Notes under the pieces: model-generated | Seen by the model: the letters and a program-made list of their open reading frames with translations, nothing else | Told to the model about the DNA's origin: nothing | Database searches by the model: none | DNA from: Eledone cirrhosa | Taxonomy: Eukaryota | NCBI GenBank assembly: GCA_964016885.1 | Contig: OZ024755.1 | Span: 35,712,001-35,776,000 of the forward strand | Reading direction: 5' to 3' | DNA length: 64,000 bases | Translations under genes and position numbers: made by a program | Shown: positions 1-11,868 of the stretch, one piece after another | How positions within the stretch are numbered: the stretch's first letter is position 1 | Layout: each line of letters opens with the position of its first letter

Positions 1-489
1 TCATCAATGTTTACAAATCTTCTTGGATCTGCCACTACAGACACAGAAGTTACATTGTTTACTGTACAGAACAGCCTGCACCAATTACTGTCATCACCCC
101 CTCATGAACAACACATCAACTGTTTAATACCTTCTTTCCAACAGAATTACTTTACCCACGTCTATCTCACTTATCTTGAAGAGCTTAAAAAGCCACGAGC
201 GCATTACTTTTTACAATAAGGAGAGAAGGCAACATGGCCGTCATACAGCCATCTTGCAATAATTAGATATATTTTTTTATACCTTATCATTAGATCAATT
301 ATTTTTAATGTATATTTAGTCCTTTACCTCTTCTAGAACAGCTGTTAAAACAGCTAAATGTCAAAGACAGTGCTGGACAAGAATACCTCAGAGGACAGAG
401 ACCACCAGCAGCCAGTGGTCAACAGAGAATCAATCCATGATCCGAGACATCATTGTTTTATATATATGGAACCTTAGTTTTGCTTTTTA

Positions 490-840
490 TGGAAGCACAT
501 GGCTTAGTGGTTAGAGCATTGGCCTTGCAATCGAAAGGTTGTGAGTTCAATTCTCAGACCGGGTGATGTGTTGTTTCCTTGAGCAAGACACTTTATTTCA
601 CATTGCTCCAGTTTACTCAGCTGTAGAAATGAGATGATAGGGACTGGGGTCCCTATCATTCCACTGCAAAATGGTCGTGGAGGTGCCAGAGCAAAAAAGC
701 ACCCAGCACTCACTGTAAATGAGGTTGGTGTTAGGAAGGGCATCCAGCTGTAGAAATCAAGCCAGAATCAGTTCCCGTCCCGCCCTTGCAAGCAGGGAAA
801 AGCAGACGTAAAATGAAATGATGATGATGAAATGATGATG
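490..840 (+). mobile_element. tRNA-derived SINE family B, full length
   Basis: A box (tggcttagtgg), B box (gagttcaattc), ccttgagcaagacact core, tail shared with RTE 3' UTR, (GAT)n end; near-identical copies elsewhere. Confidence 0.88.
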
Positions 841-921
841 GTTGGAAAATCACTGACGAATGTCTAATTTTATCATATGTAACCCATGTGCAACCACGCA
901 GTATTCTTCTTTCTTCTCATG

Positions 922-964
<43 letters not shown>

Positions 965-1114
965 AAACCCATGCAAGCGTGGAACATAGACGATAAACGA
1001 TGATGATGATATAATGAAGGAAATGTGGTAAGGAATCAGGTGGACCATAACGCACCAAAGTACTCAATACTTAGGGTAGTAGAGTGGGTAGTAGAGTCCT
1101 ATATATATATAACT

Positions 1115-1489
1115 ATACAGAAAAGAAATGCTGATAGTACACCTCCCTACTTAACTCCCTTCAAGATATCTATACAGAGTGCAGTTCCCAAGTCTGTTTT
1201 GATATAATCTGTTGAGTTGGTGTAAGTTTTTTGTCAAGTCAAGAGTACTCAAACTATACAGTCATATAAAAAGATCAACTCATGGTGTGAGTAGGTTATG
1301 CCTGGAAGGAAGGTTGGCTGGTAAGAGAAGCAGAGGGCGGCAGCCAAAACAATGGCTTGACAATGTCAACTTATGGACTGGACTTGACCTTTGCTCTTTG
1401 AACTCTGCTGTTGGTGATTGAACTTTGTGGAGAGAGATATCACATATTGATGTACAGTCTGCAACTGGCGGAATTTAGCATCACAAGAA

Positions 1490-1490
<1 letters not shown>
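1115..1490. mobile_element. LINE insertion: inverted RT segment (1115-1232, -) joined to RTE-like 3' end (1233-1490, +)
   Basis: Minus strand IDILKGVK*GGVLSAFLF (RT motif); plus strand VKSRVLKLYSHIKR...LEGRLAGKRSRGRQPKQWLDNVNLWTG. Confidence 0.7.
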
Positions 1491-1558
<68 letters not shown>

Positions 1559-1754
1559 TATATATACACATAAATAAATCAAAATTTTCTCACCTCTCAG
1601 TATAGTACGAAATTCATGAAGTGGATGACTTAAAAGTTGTGATAGTAACTTTAAAGTTAAGCAACACTTTATGATGTGTCTTATGATGAATCACAACAAA
1701 TAAAATAATATTAAACATTGAAATATATCTATGATTAAAAAGAAGTGTCAAAGG

Positions 1755-1962
1755 AAAAACACACATACACATACACAGAAGTATATATATATATACAGAA
1801 GTATAGATATATATACAGAAGTATATATATATATACAGAAGTATACATATATATACAGAAGTATACACATACACAGAAGTATATATATATATATATACAG
1901 AAGTATACACATACACAGAAGTATATATATATATATATACAGAAGTATACACATACACAGAA

Positions 1963-2006
<44 letters not shown>

Positions 2007-2594
2007 GTATATATATATACACACAAGTATATACATACATACACAGAAGTATATATATATATATACACATACACAGAAGTATACATACACATACACACAT
2101 CTGTAACATACATACACATACACACATCTGTAGCACACACACACATCTGTAACACACGCACATCTGTAACATACACACACACACAGAAGTATATATACAC
2201 ATACACAAGTATACATACACATACACACATCTGTAACATACACACACACACACATCTGTAACACACACACACACATCTGTAACATATACACACACATACA
2301 CATCTATAACATACACACACGCACATCTGTAACATACACACACACACACACACGCACATATGTAACATATACACACACACATCTGTAACATACACACACA
2401 CACATCTGTAACATACACACACACACACAAGTATATATACACATACACAAGTATACATACACAGAAGTATACATACACACACATCTGTAATATACACACA
2501 CACACATATGTAACATATACACACACACATCTGTAACATACACACACACACATCTGTAACACACAGACACATCTGTAACACACACACATCTGTA

Positions 2595-2634
<40 letters not shown>

Positions 2635-2640
2635 CTGTAT
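1755..2640. repeat. Compound (TA)n/(CA)n microsatellite with cagaag and catctgtaa spacers
   Basis: Direct reading. Confidence 0.93.
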
Positions 2641-3098
2641 CAGATATCAAATTCTCTATCTAGAGTGCTGCTAGTATCCAGCAATATAACTTCCTTTCTG
2701 CCTAATATCCACATAACTATAAAATTATCAATTTCAGATAATCCATTTAGATTAATCCTCATATCGGATAATATATCTAAATTGATATCAACATCACATA
2801 GTATATCTTAACTGCTTTTGATATCAAAGATATGTTAATTATCCATCATGGGTGATGGAATACAGACACTATCTCACCATACAAGGTTGAAATGGAAGCT
2901 AGCTTTCTAGCATTATTTAGTATAGGACATCAAACGTATTCAGAATAAACTAGTTTTCCCTGTTTCTATATGCATATGTGTCAGCAGGTTTGTATATGTA
3001 TGATATATGCGTGTATGATATATGCGTGTATGATATATGCATGTAGATATGAGAAATTTCTAAAAAGTTCTATACACTAGCTGGTAACGTTATAGTCA

Positions 3099-4020
3099 CT
3101 AGCAGAAAAACCATCCTTCAGGTGGTTTTCTGCTAGTATGTCTAGTGTGTATATTGATATTATATGGAAATATATATTCATGTAGATCATCATCATTATC
3201 ATCATCATCATCATCACCGTTTTACGTCCGTTCTTCCACGCTAGCATGGGTTAGACGGGATACGTCTAGTAGATACGTCAAATAAAATCATAATTGACAA
3301 TATACACACAGAAATTGAAGAGAGGCTGTGTTACACTCTCTTCTGTAATCAGTAAAGTAATCCACGATACATTAAAAAAAGATGATATTATATATAAACC
3401 TCATTACAGCGAAATTTTATGAAAACGAAAAAGTAGAAAATTAGTGACAGAAATATAAACGTTATATAATTGTTTCTACTTTAGGCACAAGGCCAACAAT
3501 TACCCAGTGCATTACTGGTACTTTATTTTATCCTTACCCCGTAAGGATGAAAGGCAAAGTCGATGCAAATATATGAATGTTTATATAAGTGATACAATAA
3601 AGCGTCCATTATATAATAACATTGACATTTTAAAATTTAAAAAGAAATGAATCTTAAAATAAGTAATCATTATATATCAGAATATTTATGTTTAATCAAC
3701 AGCTATGAAATTTAGTAGATAAATTATGTAATATTCATTCATTATTGGCAGTATCGGTAGAGGGTCGGACGCCATGCTTTGACGCATAGAGTTACGGCCC
3801 TTGCCATTCTGAGTTCAAATCCCGTTGAGGTTAACTTTGCCTTTCATCCTTACGGAGTCGATAAAATAAAGTACCAGTAATGTACTGGGTAATTGCTGGC
3901 CTTGTGCCAGAAATAGAAAAAATTATTTATTCAAAGTAATCCAACTTATTTTACTAATGGGATAAAAAAATATATTCTCTATGCAGTCCCACACTCCTCA
4001 CTTTATTATATTATATTTGA
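3099..4020 (-). mobile_element. Non-autonomous Helitron-like element with nested SINE fragments
   Basis: Reverse-complement homologue of 4778-5469; ends (minus strand) in a subterminal hairpin plus CTAG. Confidence 0.65.
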
Positions 4021-4363
4021 GATGAGGAATGTAAAGATTATAGAGTATTGCCAGTGAAATTCTCCTCATTATCATCATCCTTTTATGTCTATTTCTCATG
4101 TGTTAGACATGTCTTTACAAGCAGAGCTTCCTTCATCCAAATGCTTTCCTTTGTATACCCAGTTTTTTTATCTCAGCCCATCAATGCTTAGCTTTTCATG
4201 TATATTAAAATCATACATCCATTGGAGCGTGTTTGCCTCATTTCTCTCCAACCACTCTCTCTTTCTCTATATATATATGATATAAAATATATATATATAT
4301 GATATATAACATATATATATGATATATAACATATATATATATATATATTATATATATATATAT

Positions 4364-4410
<47 letters not shown>

Positions 4411-4412
<2 letters not shown>

Positions 4413-4615
4413 CAAAGGAATTGTGGTAAGGAACCAGATGGACCATAACGCACCAGAGTACTCAATACTTAGGGTAGTAGAGTGGGAAATAGGAAAAAGT
4501 ATGACCCCGACGGTAGAGCTCAAGCCGTTTCGACGGCTATTTCTGGCTATTTCGACTGCTATTTCTTAGTCCAGAAACGGCTTGAGCTCTGCCGTCGGGG
4601 TCATACTTTTCCCTA
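4411..4615 (-). mobile_element. Fold-back PLE-like terminal insert (hairpin family), in (TA)n
   Basis: Inverted arms 4490-4531/4574-4615 plus ~80-nt tail; same family at 1012-1100 (tail only), 30859-31018, 33515-33692, 42977-43114. Confidence 0.65.
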
Positions 4616-4777
4616 TATATATATATGCATATAAAACAGGGTCTCCCCACAAAAATGTATACACACTTTGATTATCTGTACAGGTAATATTTATTAGACT
4701 ACCCAGCTTTTACCAAAAATAAAATGATCTACAGACATAATTCAATTGTATGTAAACACCCCAAAATGTTTATATAA

Positions 4778-5469
4778 TCATAATATAATAAAGTAAGGAG
4801 TGTGGGACTGTGTCCTGAATATATTATTTTATCCCGTTCGTAAAATAAGTTGGATTACTTTGAATAAATAATTGTTTCTACTTTTGGCACAAGGCCAGCA
4901 ATTACCTAGTGCATTACTGGTACTTTATTTTATCGACCCCGTAAGGATGAAAGGCAAAGTTAACCTCGGCGCGATTTGAACTCAGAATGGATGAATATTA
5001 ATGAATGAATATTACATAATTTATGAACTAAATTTCGCAACTCTTGATTAAATATAAATAATTTTATTGCTTATTTCAAGATTCACTTCCTTAAAATTTT
5101 CTAGTGTCAACACTTCCGGTTAGCGTCCGTTATATCATAACACTTATTACATCGCTTATATAAACGTTCATATATTTGCATCCTTATGTAACATTTATTT
5201 TTCCGTCGCTAATTTTCTCCTTTTTAGTTTTCATAACATTTCACCGTAATGAGGTTTATATATAATATCATCTTTTTTAATGTATCATGGATTACGTTAC
5301 TGATTACAGAAGACAGTGTAACACAGTCTCTCTTCAATTGCTGTACATATTCTCAATTACGATTTTATTTGACGTATCATATCTACATGCATATATATTT
5401 GCATATAATATCAATATGCACACTACACATGCTAGCAGAAAACCTCCTGAAGGGTCGTTTTTCTGCTAG
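4778..5469 (+). mobile_element. Non-autonomous Helitron-like element
   Basis: A|TC 5' end, 3' palindrome gctagcagaaaa...ttttctgCTAG|T; homologous to 3099-4020. Confidence 0.7.
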
Positions 5470-6599
5470 TTTAAATAATAATTTCTACTTTTCACACAAG
5501 CCCAGCAATTATCTCAATGCATTACTGGTACTTTATTTTATCGGCCCTGTAAGGATGGAAGGCAAAGTTAACCTCGGCGGTATTTGAACTCAGATCGTAA
5601 AGGGCCATAACTCAATGCTGCAAGTTTAAATAATTGTTTCTACTCTAGGCACAAGGCCAGCAATTACCCAGTGCATTACTGGTACTTTATTTTATCGACC
5701 CCGTAAGGATGAAAGGCAAAGTCAACCTCGGCGGGATTTGAACTCAGATCGTAAAGGGACGTAACTATGCTGGAAAGCATGGCGTCTGACCCTCTACCGA
5801 TACTGCCAATCCACATGCATATAAAACAGAATTTATTTGAATGCATTTTGTAAAGGTTTTTTTGTGTATATATGTTTTGAGGACACCCTATATATAGACA
5901 TGTGGGAAAGAACTTTGCTTTTACATGGTTTCAGTTTAATCCTACTATTTGGCACTTTGGACAAGTGCCTTCTACTGTAATTCTCAGGTGGACCAATGCT
6001 TGTAAATTTGATTGATGGAAACTGTGGAAGCCATTTCTGTGTGTGTGTGTGCATGTGTATGTGTGTGCATGTGTATGTGTATAAAAAGAGAGAGAGAGAG
6101 AGAGAGAGGTAGAGGGTGCGAGAGATGAAGATATGGCCATGTACACCAGTGTGAAATAGTCTGAGAAGTGTCATCCCTTTATGACAATAAATAACTTAGC
6201 CATTCAACAAACCGAGACTGAGAAAATAAGAACAAAACTAAAATAATTACTGGGTTCATTATAATGGACTAAAATGGTGGATCAGCAGAATTGATAGAGT
6301 GACAGACACCACGCTTTGCAGCATCGAGTTACAGCCCTTTACAATCTGAGTTCGAATCCCACTGAGGTTAGCTTTGCCTTTCATTCTCACAGGGTCGATA
6401 AAATAAAGTACCAGTAATACACTGGGGTCATTTAATTGACTTTCCCCTACCCCTGCATAAGAAGTTACTTTTAACTTGAAACATCCACACATTTGTTGTA
6501 CCCTGTACCCTGTCCCCTCTTTGACAAAACTAGAAAAAAAGTTAATTTATCAGTTAGTGGATCATTGTTGGTCAGATTCTATGTGTCTCTCTCTCTCTT

Positions 6600-6800
6600 C
6601 TTCACCAAACAAAAGAAGTGCTGATAGTACACCCCCCTGCTTAACTCCCTTCAAGATGTCTATACAGTGTGTAGTTCCCAAGTCTGTGTTGATATATGCT
6701 GTTGAGTTGGTGTAAGTTTCTTTCAGTAGGTTGACTTATTTTTGTTAATCGAGGTCTTGTTTAAGAGTTGACACAAGCTGGCTAGTTTCATGTAGCTTCT
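6600..6800 (-). mobile_element. LINE RT fragment
   Basis: Minus strand TYTNSTAYINTDLGTTHCIDILKGVKQGGVLSALLF; homologous to 1115-1232. Confidence 0.7.
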
Positions 6801-6850
6801 ATGTCTGAATGTTCCTAAATATTTGAGTTAACCCTTTACCATTTACATTA

Positions 6851-7195
6851 GGGAGGCACATGACTTAGTGGTTAGAGCATTGGCCTTGCAATCGAAAGGT
6901 TGTGAGTTCAATTCTCAGACCGGGTGATGTGTTGTTTCCTTGAGCAAGACACTTTATTTCACATTGCTCCAGTTTACTCATCTGTAGAAATGAGATGATA
7001 GGGACTGCAGTCCCTATCATTCCACTGCAAAGTGGTTGTGGAGGTGCCATGGCAAAAAAGTACCCAGCACTCACTGTAAATGAGGTTGGTGTTAGGAAGG
7101 GCATCCAGCTGTAGAAATCAAGCCAGAATCAGTTCCCGTCCCACCCTTGCAAGCAGGGAAAAGCGGACGTAAAATGAAATGAAAATGAAATGAAA
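6851..7195 (+). mobile_element. SINE family B, full length
   Basis: Near-identical to 490-840. Confidence 0.88.
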
Positions 7196-8070
7196 TTACT
7201 CTATATTTACGATTATATTTTTACTGTAAAGGCTTTATCGAATCTCTGAGATTTTGATATTATTTATTTTGAGAACAATACCTTAACGTCAGTATGAGTG
7301 GCCAGTTACAGCTGGTTTGAACAGAAAGATGTGAGAGTATTCTGGACAGATACATCCAGTTTAAATGCTAAAGGGTTAAGTCAAATAGCCTGTCACCCAA
7401 TGATGGGCACACATGAGTATTCCTACCCAACAAATCACCACCTCCATTTCCAATCTGGTAGTTTCTTCTTCTTTGACACCACCACTGTCACTACCACTAC
7501 CACCACCATAGCCACCACCACCACCACCACTATAGCCACCACCACCACCACCACCACCGTCACTACCACTGCCACCACCATAGCCACCACCACCACCACC
7601 ACCACCATCACTACCACCCCACCACCACTACCACCCCACCACCACCACCAAAACCACTACTACCACTACCATAGCCACCACCACTACCACCACCATAGCC
7701 ACCACCACTACCACCATAACCTTCCCACCCCCTCACCACCAATGCAAATATACTGGCAGTGGGGTGAGGGTGGGACAGGTGTAGTTCTTGTTGAAAGATT
7801 AACAATAAGAAAAAAATGAAAGCCTAATAGAAAAGTCACAACAGCAACAACAACAACAACAAATAGGTAAAGACTGAAAAAAGACTGCAATTATTTGAAT
7901 GCAATTATCTGGAACAAGGTGTGTGTGTGTGTGGGGGGATCACCCCCCCTCCCCCCCCACGCGCACACACCAAAAAAAAAGCAACAAAAATGAGAGAATC
8001 TGTTGAAAAAAAAAAAAAAAAAAAAATAGAAGGAAAAAAAATATATAAAAAACAAATATAAAAAAAACAA

Positions 8071-8101
<31 letters not shown>

Positions 8102-8219
8102 AACAACAGCAACAACAGCAGCAGCAGCAACAATAACAATGATAAAATAGTAGAAAAGAAGAAAAAAGGTAATATGTCAGCAATAAAAAGTGTGAATAGA
8201 GTATAAAATTGTAGCTCAC

Positions 8220-8333
8220 CTCGGTTGAGGATATTTTGAAATACACTCTCAGGTGTGGAATCATTGAATGGAGGGACGCCTGTTAGAAACTCAAACGTAC
8301 ATACACCAAGGGCCCACCAATCAACAGCTTCAT
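8220..8333 (-). CDS. MASTL: Internal exon of a Greatwall/MASTL-type AGC Ser/Thr kinase (subdomains IX-X)
   Basis: Minus strand: ttttcAG acceptor at 8335-8334, GTgagc donor at 8219; 114-nt phase 1-1 exon encoding (D)[37 protein letters not shown], which closely matches Greatwall/MASTL ([36 protein letters not shown]). No other exon recognised in the window. Confidence 0.85.
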
Positions 8334-8369
8334 CTGAAAATAAAATAGAACAAACTATTATACATATAT

Positions 8370-9681
8370 AAATTCCAAACATGGAAGCACTAGAGAAGAA
8401 ATTCCAAACATGGAAGCACGGCCTAGAGTCAAAAGGACTTAAAATTAACCTGGCTAAGACCAAAGTACTAGTTTGTAGGAAAGAAAACAAGGCGGCGGTC
8501 CCTTCTGGGAAATGGTCGTGCTCGGTGTGTAGGAAAGGCGTAGGTAGAAACTCCATTTTATGTCCTAAATGCAAAGTATGGGTGCATAAAAGATGTAGTG
8601 GGATCACAGGTAAGCTAACTAAGAACATAGATTTTACATGTGGCCGGTGCTCTGGTGCAATAAGTAGCAGCAAGTGCCCACAAACTACTAGCTCTTTCAA
8701 TTGCGCAGAGGGTTCTATAGAAATAGTGGACAGCTTCCGTTACCTGGGCGATAAAATCAGCAGTGGGGGAGGGTGCTCTGAAAGTACTGTAGCTAGAGTC
8801 AGAACTGGTTGGAAAAAGTTCAGAGAGCTTATACCACTATTAGCTGCTAAAGGGTTCTCACTAAAAATGAAAGGCAGGTTGTACGATGCCTGCATACGAA
8901 CAGCAATGCTGCATGGCAGTGAGACCTGGGCATTGTGTGCAGAGGATATATGCAGACTAGAGAGGAACGAAGCTTGCATGCTCCGCTGGATGTGTAACAG
9001 TAATATACGTGAACGGCAAAGCATAAACGAACTAAGGAAAAAATTAGAGATAAGAGGGATCAGATGTTGTTTACTCGAGAGAAGGCTACGTTGGTATGGA
9101 CACGTGATGCGCATGAAAGTCGATAGCTGTATAACAAAGTGCAGGGCAATAAAGATAGACGGTAGTCACGGAATAGGCAGACCTAGAAAAACCTGGGACG
9201 AGCTGATAAACTCCGACATCACACACTTACACCTCTCCAAGACAATGTCACTGGACCGAGACCTTTGGCGGTACTCAGTAACGGAGAAGACCCGCCTTAC
9301 CTAAATATATAGTAAAACCTACTCCAGCCAGTAGGCATCTCTAACAAAATACACCCCGTCCCACCACCACCACCCCCACCCGATCCACACCACCCCGTTC
9401 TATGTAAAGTTATGTTGGTGCCGCGCCATCGAGGCCGAAACAAATGAGATCGTGTAGGTGTCACGACAAAAAAACACACAGTCCACGCTGTAATGTGGCC
9501 GTGTAGGCAACACGGTAAAAACCTCCCAGACCCACACTGTAAATGTGGTTGGTGTTAGGAAGGGCATCCAACTGTAGAAAACCTGCCAGACAGTCCTATG
9601 CGAGCAAGACAATCACTCTTGCCTCAAGTGGGACTACCCCCATCCAAACCCATGCAAGCGTGGAACACGGACGTTAAACGT

Positions 9682-9712
<31 letters not shown>
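8370..9712 (+). mobile_element. 5'-truncated RTE-clade LINE (RT C-terminal half with PHD finger, 3' UTR, (GAT)n tail)
   Basis: ORF 8381-9304: [56 protein letters not shown]; 3' UTR ends ggacgttaaacgtt(gat)n. Confidence 0.93.
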
Positions 9713-9715
<3 letters not shown>

Positions 9716-9772
9716 CATCATCATCATCATCGTTTAACGTCTATCTTCCACGCTAGCATGGGTTTAGACAGG

Positions 9773-9806
<34 letters not shown>

Positions 9807-10051
9807 GTAGGAGGTGAGTTTTATTGTAGTACAATAAAGCAATACAGATATCGGATAAGAAGCACTCTACAGTTTGTAGGACTGGAGTATACATAATATA
9901 TAAGATCAAAAGATGGTTAAATGAGTTCCATGTATTTTATTATGCGCATTTCAAAAACAAATATCATCATGCAATAACATTTGTGTTTTCATCAGATAAT
10001 TAAAACTGCACTATCCACAAGTGTTTTTTAACCTTCATATCATGTCCTCCT

Positions 10052-10120
10052 ATTTTATCTGATGAAAACACAAATGTTATTGCATGATGATATTTGTTTT
10101 TGAAATGCGCATAATAAAAT
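10052..10120 (+). ncRNA. Type I hammerhead ribozyme (Penelope-like minimal type)
   Basis: Stem I attttat/ataaaat; CTGATGA 10059-10065; stem II aaacacaaatgtt/gatatttgttttt; GAAA 10102-10105; palindromic stem III atgcgcat; AUA cleavage triplet. An inverted copy lies at about 9934-9999 (-). Confidence 0.85.
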
Positions 10121-10151
10121 ACATGGAACTCATTTAACCATCTTTTGATCT

Positions 10152-10189
<38 letters not shown>

Positions 10190-10544
10190 GCATGTGTGTG
10201 TGTGAGTCTGTGTGTGTGTGTGTGTTGCGTGTGCGTGCACGCGTCGGTTTGTATGCGTGCATATATATACACATGCATACTAAAAACATTTTTTTTGAAG
10301 ACCTTCAAATATTTTTTCAGGAAGATAATGGTTTGTCACACGCAAAACGAATAATATTTTTATGTTTAACGTCTATCTTCCACGCTAGCATGGGTTTAGA
10401 CGGGAATTGTCCTACTTGAGGCAAAATTGGTCGGGTGACCGTGTCTCGCTCGTATAGGACTGCCTGGCAGGTTTTCTACGGCTGGATGCCCTTCCTAACA
10501 CCAACCACATTACTGTGTGTGTGTGTGTGTGTTTTTTTTTGTTG

Positions 10545-11868
10545 TGACACCTACACAACCACTTTACAGTGTGGACTGGGTGCTTTTTGTCATGACACCG
10601 CCACTACTACTTTACAGTGTGGACTGGGTGCTTTTTGTCATGACACCTACACGACCACTTTACAGTGTGGACTGTGTGCTTTTTGTCATGACACCTACAC
10701 GACCACTTTACAGTGTGGACTGGGTGGTTTTTGTCATGACACCTACACAACCACTTTACAGTGTGGACTGTGTGCTTTTTGTCATGACACCTACACGACC
10801 ACTTTACAGTGTGGACTGGGTGGTTTTTGTCATGACACCTACACAACCACTTTACAGTGTGGACTGTGTGCTTTTTGTCATGACACCTACACAACCACTT
10901 TACAGTGTGGACTGTGTGCTTTTTGTCATGACACCTACATGACCACTTTACAGTGTGGACTGTGTGCTTTTTGTCATGACACCTACACGACCACTTTACA
11001 GTGTGGACTGTGTGCTTTTTGTCATGACACCTACACGACCACTTTACAGTGTGGACTGTGTGCTTTTTGTCATGACACCTACACGACCACTTTACAGTGT
11101 GGACTGTGTGCTTTTTGCCATGACACCTACACAACCACTTTACAGTGTGGACTGTGTGCTTTTTGTCATGACACCTACACGACCACTTTACAGTGTGGAC
11201 TGTGTGCTTTTTGTCATGACACCTACACGACCACTTTACAGTATGGACTGTGTGCTTTTTGCCATGACACCTACACAACCACTTTACAGTGTGGACTGGG
11301 TGGTTTTTGTCATGACACCTACACGACCACTTTACAGTGTGGACTGTGTGCTTTTTGTCATGACACCTACACGACCACTTTACAGTGTGGACTGTGTGCT
11401 TTTTGTCATGACACCTACACGACCACTTTACAGTGTGGACTGTGTGCTTTTTGCCATGACACCTACACAACCACTTTACAGTGTGGACTGTGTGCTTTTT
11501 GTCATGACACCTACACGACCACTTTACAGTGTGGACTGTGTGCTTTTTGTCATGACACCTACACGACCACTTTACAGTATGGACTGTGTGCTTTTTGCCA
11601 TGACACCTACACAACCACTTTACAGTGTGGACTGTGTGCTTTTTGTCATGACACCTACATGACCACTTTACAGAGTGGACTGGGTGCTTTTTGCCATGAC
11701 ACCTACATGACCACTGTACAGAGTGGACTGGGTGTTTTTTGTCATGACACCTACATGACCACTTTACAGAGTGGACTGGGTGTTTTTTGTCATGACACCT
11801 ACATGACCACTGTACAGAGTGGACTGGGTGTTTTTTGTCATGACACCTACATGACCACTGTACAGAGT
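10545..11868. repeat. 42-bp minisatellite (~31 copies) inside an RTE-tail-related retroposon (10362-11960, -)
   Basis: Unit gtcatgacacctacacgaccactttacagtgtggactgtgtgcttttt-type, period 48 nt in translation units of 16 codons (CHDTYTTTLQCGLCAF), i.e. true period 48 bp, ~27 copies. Confidence 0.9.

Noticed and set aside
490-565. tRNA genes at SINE heads
   Set aside because: A/B boxes present but no complete cloverleaf, and always fused to SINE bodies.
504-743. Recurrent 79-aa ORF MPFLTPTSF... (also 6865, 33142, 54558)
   Set aside because: Antisense reading of SINE B, not a gene family.
7891-8700. 269-aa ORF as a whole gene
   Set aside because: Only 8220-8333 is kinase-like and splice-bounded; the rest is antisense RTE and microsatellite.
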